Positions 21,030-40,252 of a DNA stretch of 64,000 nt are shown piece by piece. The notes beneath the pieces were generated by a model that saw only the letters and a list, made by a program, of their open reading frames with translations, did no database searches and was not told the origin of the DNA. Position 1 is the stretch's first letter. Every line of letters begins with the position of its first letter. The stretch is from Macrostomum lignano. Its lineage: Eukaryota. The stretch is taken from NCBI GenBank assembly GCA_002269645.1, contig NIVC01002413.1, forward strand, positions 1-64,000, written 5' to 3'. Both the position numbers and the translations under genes were made by a program.

Positions 21030-21520
21030 TGAAAAGAGGGAGATGGGAGAGAGGGAGATGGGAGAGAGGAAGATACATGTAGGTGAGAGGGAGATAGGGG
21101 AGAGGGAGACGGGGGAGAGGGAGATGGGGGAGAAGGAGATGGGGGAGATGGAGATGGGGGAGAGGGAGACGGGGGAGAGGGAGATGGGGAGAGGGAGACG
21201 GGGAGAGGAAGATGGGGGAGAGGGAGATAGGGGAGAGGAAGATGGGTGAGAGGGAGATGGGTGAGAAGGAGATGGGGAGAGGGAGATGAATGAGAGGGAG
21301 ATGGGTGAGAGGCCCGAGATGGGGGAGAAGGACATGGGGGAGAGGGAGATGGGGGAGAGGGAGACGGGGGAGAGGAAGATAGGGGAGAGGGAGATGGGGG
21401 AGAGGGAGATGGGGGAGAGGGAGATGGATGAGAGGGAGATGGGTGAGAGGCCCGAGATGGGGGAGAAGGACATGGGGGAGAAGGAGATGGGTGAGAGGTG
21501 GAAGGAAGATGGGAGAGAAG
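21030..21520. repeat. 15-bp purine minisatellite (GAGAGGGAGATGGGG)n
   Basis: Degenerate tandem array. Confidence 0.9.
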
Positions 21521-22069
21521 GAAATGGGATGCAGTAGAGAAAATGAAGGAAAATATATCGGCAGAGATGCGCAGATATTTCAGCTACAAATATTATAGTC
21601 CTCATTAGCTTAGGCCGTATCATAACCTCTCACCTTCGTAAAAACTGCGCAGATCACATCCAGGATTTTATTACGGCGCCAAGTGGCGAAACGGGGTCGG
21701 GACTGAAGCCAATAAAGTGAAAGTAAAAGTATCTGACCAAGTGTTGGTGGATTAAAAGTTCAGGTTGCTGGTGGGTTGTAACATTTTTATTGTAAGAAGC
21801 CGGGGCAGTTAGTGGTAATAAACAGGCTTTTCGCTACTTATTAAAGCACATAGTTTGGGCAAGTTGAAATGGTCATGCTAAAAAACTTCGAAAAGTTGGA
21901 AGTTACTTTTTATTTTTGGCGATTAGAAATATTTAGCTACAATATATGCATTCTGAGAAATATGACTGCTTCGTTAGCAAGCTGCACGAGTTGCGGGGGC
22001 AATTGTGGAGAATGGATTATGAGACATTGCTAAATGTTGAGAATAGGGACCAGATATAATATTTTATGA

Positions 22070-22432
22070 TTTTTTATTGGAGGCAGGGGGGTTGTGTGCA
22101 CCCTGGCGCACTTTAAGCGACATGGGCACACAACCGGCGAGAGGCATTACTGCCCATTCCGCCGACTCCCCTGAGCAGGCATCCAAGCGCGCGGATACGT
22201 ACGCAGGCACACACTCACACAGGAGTGTACAGCGGCCCTAACTTTATTTTATCGCTAGGCTTGTACACTTCACTGGGCCTGGGGGGGGGTTGGCTCTCAA
22301 GGCCGTTGATTGCACGAGCAGAGCCAAGCCGAGATTCCAATTCAGCCCCAAATTAATGTGACTGCACTTGGAATCGAGCCTGGGTCGCTGGCACACCAGA
22401 GCAGCTGCGCTACCGCTGGGCTACGGCCCCCC
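22070..22432 (-). mobile_element. tRNA-derived SINE family B, near full length
   Basis: Minus strand begins GGGGCCGTAGCCCAGCGGTAGCGCAGCTG...GGCTCGATTCC (A and B boxes). Body shared with 1164-1379; ends in AATAAAAAA. Confidence 0.75.
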
Positions 22433-22728
22433 TAATATTTTATGATAGAAACAAGCATATAAAACTCTCTTTTAGCCAACTAATTGTAAATATTTTTCAG
22501 GCAAGTAGGTGTACTGAGAAACAAAGAATTTATACATAATGTTTGAAAATCTTGCCTAGCTCTCAGTCTAAAAAACAGTGAGAAAATTTGCAGATAAATA
22601 AATTGTCACTATGCAGGTGAGATGCTAAGTATGCGTAAACTAAGCCAGATAAATAAATTTCGAACAAAGTAAGCTAACTATTTTTTGTTAAACAGCACGC
22701 AAACCGATGTCACGGATTCAAAGTGAGC

Positions 22729-29273
<6,545 letters not shown>

Positions 29274-29574
29274 GCTTTGTCCAGAATAATAAATTTTGGT
29301 CTGGTCTGCTTCATAGCCGAGTTGCTTTTTTCAAGAGCGCAGCAGATATTTATAGCCACCCGCCAATGCGGGAGGAGTTCTGGGTGGAATTTCTAGTCGT
29401 CATTCCTAAGAGCCTCGTATGGCTGACTGCATCCGGGGTGTTATCAGATTTTACATAATTCGAACGAACTACTTTTCAGCTGAGATTGTCAGTAGTCAAC
29501 AATGCAAATTGGATCACAAATCAATTCGAAGTTCAAATTAGTGAATTTTCATGTCTTCGAAAAATAAAATCGGC

Positions 29575-29830
29575 CGTAGGCACTCAGCCATAGGAACTCG
29601 GCAATATGTACACGGCCATAGGCACTCGGCCATAGACATTCGGTCATACATGTAGACACTCGGCCATAGGCACTCGGCCATAGACACTCGGCCATAGTGC
29701 AGACACTCGGCCATAGTGCAGGCAATCGGCCATAGGCACTCGGCCATAGGCACTCGGCCATAGGCACTCGGCCATAGGCACTCGGGCATAAATACTCAGC
29801 CATAGGCACTCGGCCATAGGAACTCGGTCA
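29575..29830. repeat. 15-bp minisatellite (CACTCGGCCATAGG-like)
   Basis: Tandem; unit related to the 31.2-34.0 kb array. Confidence 0.85.
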
Positions 29831-29894
29831 TAGACATTCGATCATACATGTAGACACGGCCATAGACACGCGGTCATATACATATAGACACACG

Positions 29895-30823
29895 GCCAGA
29901 GACACTGTCAGAGTCAGACACTCAGCCATAGGCATTCGCAACAATGCTGAGAGTTTACTCTCGCATATTACTTTCAGTAAGAAAGTGAAACTTCTACAAG
30001 CTGGAAGTTTCGCATCGTTAAAATCGTTGAAGCTCGTGAGCCAGCCGGACGCGGAGTGACTAGCGCTTCTCGACCAATGAAGCACGGAAGTTGTGTTTAC
30101 CTGTTCGTTACGTATCATTCATGAGCATGTGCTCAAGATTGGTCCTTAAAAGCAGCAGCATGTAAGAAAACATGTTGAAATAGCAATTCTATGAAAAGTG
30201 TCGAAAAATCTGTGTCCGCAATCGAGACTTGGGGACTAAAAATCCGACCCCAGAGGGTCGTTGAACAGCTGACTGCGATCAAGTTACAAGCTCAGCTCTC
30301 AAGTTTGGGACTAACCTTGACAAACAAACTTGACAAGCATTGGTTGAGCAGTGCCGCGTGTGCACATGTAAAATGACGGTCAGACACTGTCAGAGTCAGA
30401 CACTCAGCCATAGGCATTCATAGTGCGCATTCATAGTGCACATGTAAAATGACGCTCAGACACTGTCAGAGTCAGACACTCAGCCATAGGCATTCGCAAC
30501 AATGCTGAGAGTTTACTCTCGCATATTACTTTCAGTAAGAAAGTGAAACTTCTACAAGCTGGAAGTTTCGCATCGTTAAAATCGTTGAAGCTCGTGAGCC
30601 AGCCGGACGCGGAGTGACTAGCGCTTCTCGACCAATGAAGCACGGAAGTTGTGTTTACCTGCAATCGAGACTTGGGGACTAAAAATCCGACCCCAGAGGG
30701 TCGTTGAACAGCTGACTGCGATCAAGTTACAAGCTCAGCTCTCAAGTTTGGGACTAACCTTGACAAACAAACTTGACAAGCATTGGTTGAGCAGTGCCGC
30801 GTGTGCACATGTAAAATGACGGT
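29895..30823. repeat. Tandem segmental duplication A-B / A'-B' with a deletion of about 115 bp in the second copy
   Basis: 29895-30102 equals 30457-30661; 30218-30380 equals 30661-30823. Confidence 0.85.
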
Positions 30824-31164
30824 AGAGGTGTCAAATTGCCTGGCCAACATCTGGTTGACAACAGGAGAAAGCCATGCTGTCCATGTCGGAAGTCAAATTT
30901 ATTTGACGCCTCAAAATGCATGTAAAGCTTGCTAGCGTTGAAGGTTTTTCTTTCTCTCGTGCTGCGCTCATTTGCGAATTTTAAAGGAAATTTTTACAAT
31001 AAAGCAACAATGCGGCATCTTGTTCTGTTTCTGCTTGGTAAGAGACATGACCTACAGGTATCATGCGAGCGCATATGGTCGTGCAAGTACTTGAGCTCTG
31101 CTCTCTTTTGTCTCAAAATGGTCATAGGTACTCATCCATGAGCGGTGTCATCGCACTCGGATAT

Positions 31165-34035
31165 TGACACTCAGCCATATACTCTCGGTCATAGACACTG
31201 TCATAGACACTCAGCCATATACTCTCGGTCATAGACACTCTGTCATAGACACTCAGCCATATACTCTCGGTCATAGACACTGTCATAGACACTCAGCCAT
31301 ATACTCTCGGTCATAGACACTCTGTCATAGACACTCAGCCATATACTCTCGGTCATAGACACTGTCATAGACACTCAGCCATATACTCTCGGTCATAGAC
31401 ACTCTGTCATAGACACTCAGCCATATACTCTCGGTCATAGACACTGTCATAGACACTCAGCCATATACTCTCGGTCATAGACACTCTGTCATAGACACTT
31501 AGCCATATACTCTCGGTCATAGACACTCTGTCATAGACACTCAGCCATATACTCTCGGTCATAGGCACTGTCATAGACACTTAGCCACTCAGCCATATAC
31601 TCTCGGCCATAGGCACTCTGTCGTAGACACTCAGCCATATACTCTCGGTCATAGACACTGTCATAGACACTCAGCCATATACTCTCGGTCATAGACACTG
31701 TCATAGACACTCAGCCATATACTCTCGGTCATAGACACTCTGTCATAGACACTCAGCCATATACTCTCGTGCATAGACACTCTGTCATAGACACTCAGCC
31801 ATATACTCTCGGTCATAGACACTGTCATAGACACTCAGCCATATACTCTCGGTCATAGACACTGTCATAGACACTCAGCCATATACTCTCGGTCATAGAC
31901 ACTCTGTCATAGACACTCAGCCAAATACTCTCGGTCATAGACACTCTGTCATAGACACTCAGCCATATACTCTCGGTCATAGGCACTGTCATAGACACTT
32001 AGCCACTCAGCCATATACTCTCGGCCATAGGCACTCTGTCGTAGACACTCAGCCATATACTCTCGGTCATAGACACTGTCATAGACACTCAGCCATATAC
32101 TCTCGGTCATAGACACTGTCATAGACACTCAGCCATATACTCTCGGTCATAGACACTGTCATAGACACTCAGCCATATACTATCGGTCATAGACACTGTC
32201 ATAGACACTCAGCCATATACTCTCGGTCATAGACACTCTGTCATAGACACTCAGCCATATACTCTCGGTCATAGACACTGTCATAGACACTCAGCCATAT
32301 ACTCTCGGTCATAGACACTCTGTCATAGACACTCAGCCATATACTCTCGGTCATAGACACTGTCATAGACACTCAGCCATATACTATCGGTCATAGACAC
32401 TCTGTCATAGACACTTAGCCATATACTCTCGGTCATAGACACTCTGTCATAGACACTCAGCCATATACTCTCGGTCATAGGCACTGTCATAGACACTTAG
32501 CCACTCAGCCATATACTCTCGGTCATAGACACTCTGTCATAGACACTCAGCCATATACTCTCGGTCATAGACACTGTCATAGACAGTCAGCCATATACTC
32601 TCGGTCATAGACACTGTCATAGACACTCAGCCATATACTCTCGGTCATAGACACTCTGTCATAGACACTCAGCCATATACTCTCGTGCATAGACACTCTG
32701 TCATAGACACTCAGCCATATACTCTCGGTCATAGACACTGTCATAGACACTCAGCCATATACTCTCGGTCATAGACACTGTCATAGACACTCAGCCATAT
32801 ACTCTCGGTCATAGACACTCTGTCATAGACACTCAGCCATATACTCTCGGTCATAGACACTCTGTCATAGACACTCAGCCATATACTCTCGGTCATAGGC
32901 ACTGTCATAGACACTTAGCCACTCAGCCATATACTCTCGGCCATAGGCACTCTGTCGTAGACACTCAGCCATATACTCTCGGTCATAGACACTGTCATAG
33001 ACACTCAGCCATATACTCTCGGTCATAGACACTGTCATAGACACTCAGCCATATACTCTCGGTCAGAGACACAGTCATAGACACTCAGCCATATACTCTC
33101 GGTCATAGACACTCTGTCATAGACACTCAGCCATATACTCTCGGTCATAGACACTGTCATAGACACTCAGCCATATACTCTCGGTCATAGACACTCTGTC
33201 ATAGACACTCAGCCATATACTCTCGGTCATAGACACTCTGTCATAGACACTCAGCCATATACTCTCGGTCATAGACACTCTGTCATAGACACTCAGCCAT
33301 ATACTCTCGTGCATAGACACTCTGTCATAGACACTCAGCCATATACTCTCGGTCATAGACACTCTGTCATAGACACTCAGCCATATACTCTCGGTCATAG
33401 ACACTGTCATAGACACTCAGCCATATACTCTCGGTCATAGGCACTCTGTCATAGACACTCAGCCATATACTCTTGGTCATAGATACTGTCATAGACACTC
33501 AGCCATATACTCTCGGTCATAGACACTGTCATAGACACTCAGCCATATACTCTCGGTCATAGACACTCTGTCATAGACACTCAGCCATATACTCTCGGTC
33601 ATAGACACTCTGTCATAGACACTCAGCCATATACTCTCGGTCATAGACACTGTCATAGACACTCAGCCATATACTCTCGGTCATAGACACTGTCATAGAC
33701 ACTCAGCCATATACTCTCGGTCATAGACACTCTGTCATAGACACTCAGCCATATACTCTCGTGCATAGACACTCTGTCATAGACACTCAGCCATATACTC
33801 TCGGTCATAGGCACTCTGTCATAGACACTTAGCCACTCAGCCATATACTCTCGGCCATAGGCACTCTGTCGTAGACACTCAGCCATATACTCTCGGTCAT
33901 AGACACTGTCATAGACAGTCAGCCATATACTCTCGGTCATAGACACTGTCATAGACAGTCAGCCATATACTCTCGGTCATAGACACTGTCATAGACACTC
34001 AGCCATATACTCTCGGTCATAGGCACACTCGGCCA
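31165..34035. repeat. 40/42-bp minisatellite (GACACTCAGCCATATACTCTCGGTCATAGACACT[CT]GTCATA)n with higher-order period of about 916 bp
   Basis: About 70 units; variant TTAGCCACTC recurs at 31581, 31999, 32497, 32915, 33829. Confidence 0.95.
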
Positions 34036-34183
34036 TAGACAAAAAAGACAACCAAGTTGATAATTCCATCAAGATTGCAACAAGGGTTCATACAGGCATT
34101 TCTTTGTAGAAAGCAGGCTCGCTACAGTTTCGCTACAGTGAATGCGAATTCACAGCTTCATGGCTAGATTATTAACTTGACTG

Positions 34184-36247
34184 ATGAAAAACAGCAATTG
34201 CCACACTTGTAGCAAAACACTCCGACCTTAAGACTCTGAATCACTAATACTCAATATAAATCGCACCAAATCCGTAAATGTTGCAGTGTCCGTCCTGCTG
34301 ACCAGCTGCTTTCACTTCTCCGCTGCGGCTCCCGAAGGCTTGTTAAAAGAGCCAGGTGAAAATGAATATTTTTTCTTGTTTTGCTTTCAAACATCATTAG
34401 CCGCTCACATTTTATATTAGTTCTGTAGCATATTTTATTGACCTATGCTTCTACCAGACTCAGCCGGGCCAGATTCTGATACAGGATCAATGGACGACAA
34501 GAAGTGAGTTCCTGAAGAATCGGAGGATAGCGGTAGCGACCCCTGAAGAATCGGAGGATAGCGGTAGCGACCCCTGAAGAATCGGAGGATAGCGGTAGCG
34601 ACCCCTGAAGAATCGGAGGATAGCGGTAGCGACCCCTGAAGAATCGGAGGATAGCGGTAGCGACCCCTGAAGAATCGGAGGATAGCGGTAGCGACCCCTG
34701 AAGAATCGGAGGATAGCGGTAGCGACCCCTGAAGAATCGGAGGAGCGGTAGCAACCCCTGAAGAATCGGAGGATAGCGGTAGCGACCCCTGAAGAATCGG
34801 AGAATAGCGGTAGCAACCCCTGAAGAATCGGAGGATAGCGGTAGCGACCCCTGAAGAATCGGAGAATAGCGGTAGCATTCCCTGAAGAATCGGAGAATAG
34901 CGGTAGCAACCCCTGAAGAATCGGAAGATAGCGGTAGCAACCCCTGAAGAATCGGAGGATAGCGGTAGCAACCCCTGAAGAATCTGAAGATAGCGGTAGC
35001 AACCCCTGAAGAATCGGAGGATAGCGGTAGCAACCCCTGAAGAATCTGAAGATAGCGGTAGCAACCCCTGAAGAATCGGAGGATAGCGGTAGCGACCCCT
35101 GAAGAATCGGAGGATAGCGGTAGCGACCCCTGAAGAATCGGAGGATAGCGGTAGCGACCCCTGAAGAATCGGAGGAGCGGTAGCAACCCCTGAAGAATTG
35201 GAGGATAGCGGTAGCGACCCCTGAAGAATCGGAGAATAGCGGTAGCAACCCCTGAAGAATCGGAGGATAGCGGTAGCGACCCCTGAAGAATCGGAGAATA
35301 GCGGTAGCATTCCCTGAAGAATCGGAGAATAGCGGTAGCAACCCCTGAAGAATCGGAAGATAGCGGTAGCAACCCCTGAAGAATCGGAGGATAGCGGTAG
35401 CAACCCCTGAAGAATCTGAAGATAGCGGTAGCAACCCCTGAAGAATCGGAGGATAGCGGTAGCAACCCCTGAAGAATCTGAAGATAGCGGTAGCAACCCC
35501 TGAAGAATCGGAGGATAGCGGTAGCAACCCCTGAAGAATCTGAGGATAGCGGTAGCGACCCCTGAAGAATCGGAGGATAGCGGTAGCAACCCCTGAAGAA
35601 TCGGAGGATAGCGGTAGCGACCCCTGAAGAATCGGAGAATAGCGGTAGCGACCCCTGAAGAATCGGAGGATAGCGGTAGCAACCCCTGAAGAATCGGAGG
35701 ATAGCGGTAGCGACCCCTGAAGAATCGGAGAATAGCGGTAGCAACCCCTGAAGAATCTGAAGATAGCGGTAGCAACCCCTGAAGAATCGGAGGATAGCGG
35801 TAGCAACCCCTGAAGAATCTGAAGATAGCGGTAGCAACCCCTGAAGAATTGGAGGATAGCGGTAGCAACCCCTGAAGAATCTGAAGATAGCGGTAGCAAC
35901 CCCTGAAGAATCGAAGGATAGCGGTAGCAACCCCTGAAGAATCGGAGGATAGCGGTAGCGACCCCTGAAGAATCGGAGGATAGCGGTAGCAACCCCTGAA
36001 GAATCGGAGGATAGCGGTAGCAACCCCTGAAGAATCCGGGGCTAGCGGTAGCGATCCCTGAAGATTCAGGGTCAGGTACGACTCTGATCTTCAGGGACCC
36101 CTGAAGTAGCGACCCCTGAAGATTCAGGGTCAGTCGTACCAGGAGGACCTCAATAACTACCCAAGTGTTACTCAATTTTCCAGAATATTTCTAGTTGGCG
36201 TAGAAGCTGATCATCTAACCACAAGCACTGCCCAGCCGAGACGGTGA
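34184..36247 (+). CDS. Candidate small secreted peptide precursor (exons 34184-34208?, 34287-34355, 34458-34503, 36184-36247)
   Basis: Exons 2-4 splice in phase through GT-AG sites to give ...SVLLTSCFHFSAAAPEGLLKEPDSAGPDSDTGSMDDKKIFLVGVEADHLTTSTAQPRR*. First exon uncertain (weak donor). Confidence 0.35.
34510..36060. repeat. 31-bp minisatellite (CCCTGAAGAATCGGAGGATAGCGGTAGCGAC)n
   Basis: About 50 units starting 7 nt after a GTGAGT donor; internal duplication of about 432 bp. Confidence 0.95.
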
Positions 36248-36384
36248 TACTGTAAATGGGCTGCATGTCTGGTGGACGCTCGAGCATGATGAAAGCAAAT
36301 TTTTGGTGGTTGGGAACCTAAATTTTGTTTCTTTAAAATACATCGGAAAACGATCACTTTGCGACTAAAAGGTTTGATATTGTA

Positions 36385-38665
36385 GCTAACACTGAGTCGC
36401 TTTAGAGCACTGTAGCTAACACCGAGTCACTATGGAGCAGTGTAGCTAACATTGAGTCACATTGGAGCACTGTAGCTAACACTGAGTCGCTTTAGAGCAC
36501 TGTAGCTAACATTGATTCACATTGGAGCACTGTAGCTAACATTGAGTCACATTGGAGCACTGTGGCTAACATTGAGTCACATTGGAGCACTGTGGCTAAC
36601 ACTGAGTCGCTTTAGAGCACTGTAGCTAACATTGAGTCACATTGGAGCACTGTAGCTAACATTGATTCACATTGGAGCACTGTAGCTAACATTGAGTCAC
36701 ATTGGAGCACTGTGGCTAACACTGAGTCGCTTTAGAGCACTGTAGCTAACATTGAGTCACATTGGAGCACTGTAGCTAACATTGAGTCACATTGGAGCAC
36801 TGTAGCTAACATTGAGTCACATTGGAGCACTGTAGCTAACATTGAGTCACATTGGAGCACTGTAGCTAACACTGAGTCGCTTTAGAGCACTGTAGCTAAC
36901 ATTGAGTCACATTGGAGCACTGTAGCTAACATTGAGTCACATTGGAGCACTGTAGCTAACATTGAGTCACATTGGAGCACTGTAGCTAACACTGAGTCGC
37001 TTTAGAGCACTGTAGCTAACATTGAGTCACATTGGAGCACTGTAGCTAACATTGAGTCACATTGGAGCACTGTAGCTAACATTGAGTCACATTGGAGCAC
37101 TGTAGCTAACATTGAGTCACATTGGAGCACTGTAGCTAACACCGAGTCACTATGGAGCAGTGTAGCTAACACTGAGTCGCTTTAGAGCACTGTAGCTAAC
37201 ATTGAGTCACATTGGAGCACTGTGGCTAACATTGAGTCACTTTGGAGCACTGTAGCTAACATTGAGTCACATTGGAGCACTGTAGCTAACACTGAGTCGC
37301 TTTAGAGCACTGTAGCTAACATTGAGTCACATTGGAGCACTGTAGCTAACATTGAGTCACATTGGAGCACTGTAGCTAACATTGAGTCACATTGGAGCAC
37401 TGTAGCTAACACCGAGTCACTATGGAGCAGTGTAGCTAACACTGAGTCGCTTTAGAGCACTGTAGCTAACATTGATACATTGGAGCACTGTAGCTAACAT
37501 TGAGTCACAGTGGAGCACTGTAGCTAACATTGAGTCACATTGGAGCACTGTAGCTAACACTGAGTCGCTTTAGAGCACTGTAGCTAACATTGATTCACAT
37601 TGGAGCACTGTAGCTAACATTGAGTCACATTGGAGCACTGTGGCTAACATTGAGTCACATTGGAGCACTGTGGCTAACACTGAGTCGCTTTAGAGCACTG
37701 TAGCTAACATTGAGTCACATTGGAGCACTGTAGCTAACATTGATTCACATTGGAGCACTGTAGCTAACATTGAGTCACATTGGAGCACTGTGGCTAACAC
37801 TGAGTCGCTTTAGAGCACTGTAGCTAACATTGAGTCACATTGGAGCACTGTAGCTAACATTGAGTCACATTGGAGCACTGTAGCTAACATTGAGTCACAT
37901 TGGAGCACTGTAGCTAACATTGAGTCACATTGGAGCACTGTAGCTAACACTGAGTCGCTTTAGAGCACTGTAGCTAACATTGAGTCACATTGGAGCACTG
38001 TAGCTAACATTGAGTCACATTGGAGCACTGTAGCTAACATTGAGTCACATTGGAGCACTGTAGCTAACATTGAGTCACATTGGAGCACTGTAGCTAACAC
38101 CGAGTCACTATGGAGCAGTGTAGCTAACACTGAGTCGCTTTAGAGCACTGTAGCTAACATTGATACATTGGAGCACTGTAGCTAACATTGAGTCACATTG
38201 GAGCACTGTAGCTAACATTGAGTCACACTGGAGCACTGTAGCTAACATTGAGTCACACTGGAGCACTGTAGCTAACATTGAGTCACATTGGAGCACTGTA
38301 GCTAACATTGAGTCACATTGGAGCACTGTAGCTAACATTGAGTCACATTGGAGCACTGTAGCTAACATTGAGTCACATTGGAGCACTGTAGCTAACATTG
38401 AGTCACACTGGAGCACTGTAGCTAACATTGAGTCACATTGGAGCACTGTAGCTAACATTGAGTCACACTGGAGCACTGTAGCTAACATTGAGTCACTTTG
38501 GAGCACTGTAGCTAACATTGAGTCACTTTGGAGCACTGTAGCTAACATTGAGTCACACTGGAGCACTGTAGCTAACATTGAGTCACACTGGAGCACTGTA
38601 GCTAACATTGAGTCACTTTGGAGCACTGTAGCTAACATTGAGTCACTTTGGAGCACTGTAGCTAA
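36385..38665. repeat. 30-bp minisatellite (ACATTGAGTCACATTGGAGCACTGTAGCTA)n
   Basis: About 76 units; internal duplication of about 1.08 kb. Confidence 0.95.
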
Positions 38666-39064
38666 ATTTAGACCATTTTTATTGTACTTTAGATGTAAAC
38701 AAACAAAAAAATTTGCATTGAGAGTTTTCTCAATAGTTTAGCTGATGTAATACGCAATATCCAACCAAACTGCACAAATTTCAATTACAACTGGTTGAAC
38801 TTGTAACTGTATATTTAATTACCATGCAACTTTATATAGGTTCGTATTTCCAAGTGTATGTACACTGTATATATGTACACAAGATACAGAAGATTCATTT
38901 ATTAGCTGGTGAAACAAGCACATATATGTTCCAGAATGTTATGAAACGCACCGGCAGTTACTTTCGTAACAAAATTAATGCAATATCTTTATCAACTAGA
39001 AATGATTTTATCGATGTTAGCTCCTTGACGCCGCTTTCATAGTTCGAGAGCTGTCTTCTGCAAT

Positions 39065-39430
39065 GAGTGAACAAGTGAGTGAATTAGTGAGTAAGTGAAC
39101 GACTGAGTGAACGAGTGAATAAGTGAACCAGTGAATGAGTGAATGAGTGAATAAGTAAACCATTGAATAAGTGAACGAATGAATAAGTGAACGAGTGAAT
39201 AAGTGAGTGAGTGAATAAGTGAATGGGTGAATGGATAAGTTAATTAGTGAACCAGTGAATAGATGAACGAGTTAGTTGATAAGGGACGAGTGAATAAGTG
39301 AATGAGTAATTGAACGAGTGAATTAGTGAACGAGTGAATTAGTGAACGAGTGCGTGAATGAGTGAATAATTGATCGAATGAGTGATTAAGTGAAAGAGTG
39401 AGTGAATGAGTGAATTATTGAACGAGTGAA
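39065..39430. repeat. Degenerate (GTGA/ATGA)n low-complexity tract
   Basis: Repeated gagtgaat/aagtgaac. Confidence 0.8.
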
Positions 39431-39923
39431 CAACAAAGCCAGTCTCATAATCACACGAGAATTCGAGCCTGCACTCACTAAGAAACCTATCGCAGCTGTC
39501 GCGCCCCTCCTTCCTCTCGATGGCATTGTAAATATCGGGACTCTCCACTAGAGGCCGCAGCCGCCGCACGAAGCTCTCAGTGTAGGGCGGCTCGACCATG
39601 TCCAGCACTTCCAGTACGAAATGGCGCAGCAGAGACATGTCAGACAGCTTGCTAGTGAGGCAGCTGTGCATGTAGTCCAACACGGGTTCCACGTGGCCCA
39701 CAAACATCAGATGGACGAATCGGTCAACCAGACGCACTTTAAACTCTAGCTGGCTGAGCTCGTCCAGTGACGGGTGGAACTGCTCAAATAGACGGCACAG
39801 CATTGGCAGGATGCGCGGCCTCAGGTGCGGGTGGTTGGTGGCCACCTCGTCAACTAGGATCAGGTAGACTGAGGCCTGCTCCACCTGTTGGAGGGGGCAA
39901 GACTGGCTGTCAGGTGAGCTGCT

Positions 39924-39984
<61 letters not shown>

Positions 39985-40006
39985 GCAGACAGACAGACAG
40001 ACAGAC

Positions 40007-40069
<63 letters not shown>

Positions 40070-40104
40070 GCAGACAGACAAACAGAGAGACAGACAGACA
40101 AGGC

Positions 40105-40139
<35 letters not shown>

Positions 40140-40163
40140 GCAGACAGACAGACAGACAGACAC

Positions 40164-40198
<35 letters not shown>

Positions 40199-40213
40199 CG
40201 CAAACAGACACGC

Positions 40214-40252
<39 letters not shown>

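Noticed and set aside
34435-36175. Three overlapping 477-562 aa minus-strand ORFs
   Set aside because: The 31-bp unit lacks stops on that strand; all three frames open is a repeat artefact. The same applies to repeat ORFs at 2.0-2.8, 4.9-5.7, 9.3-10.1, 13.4-14.4, 19.4-20.3, 28.6-29.1, 38.1-38.7, 40.8-41.4 and 58.9-59.7 kb.
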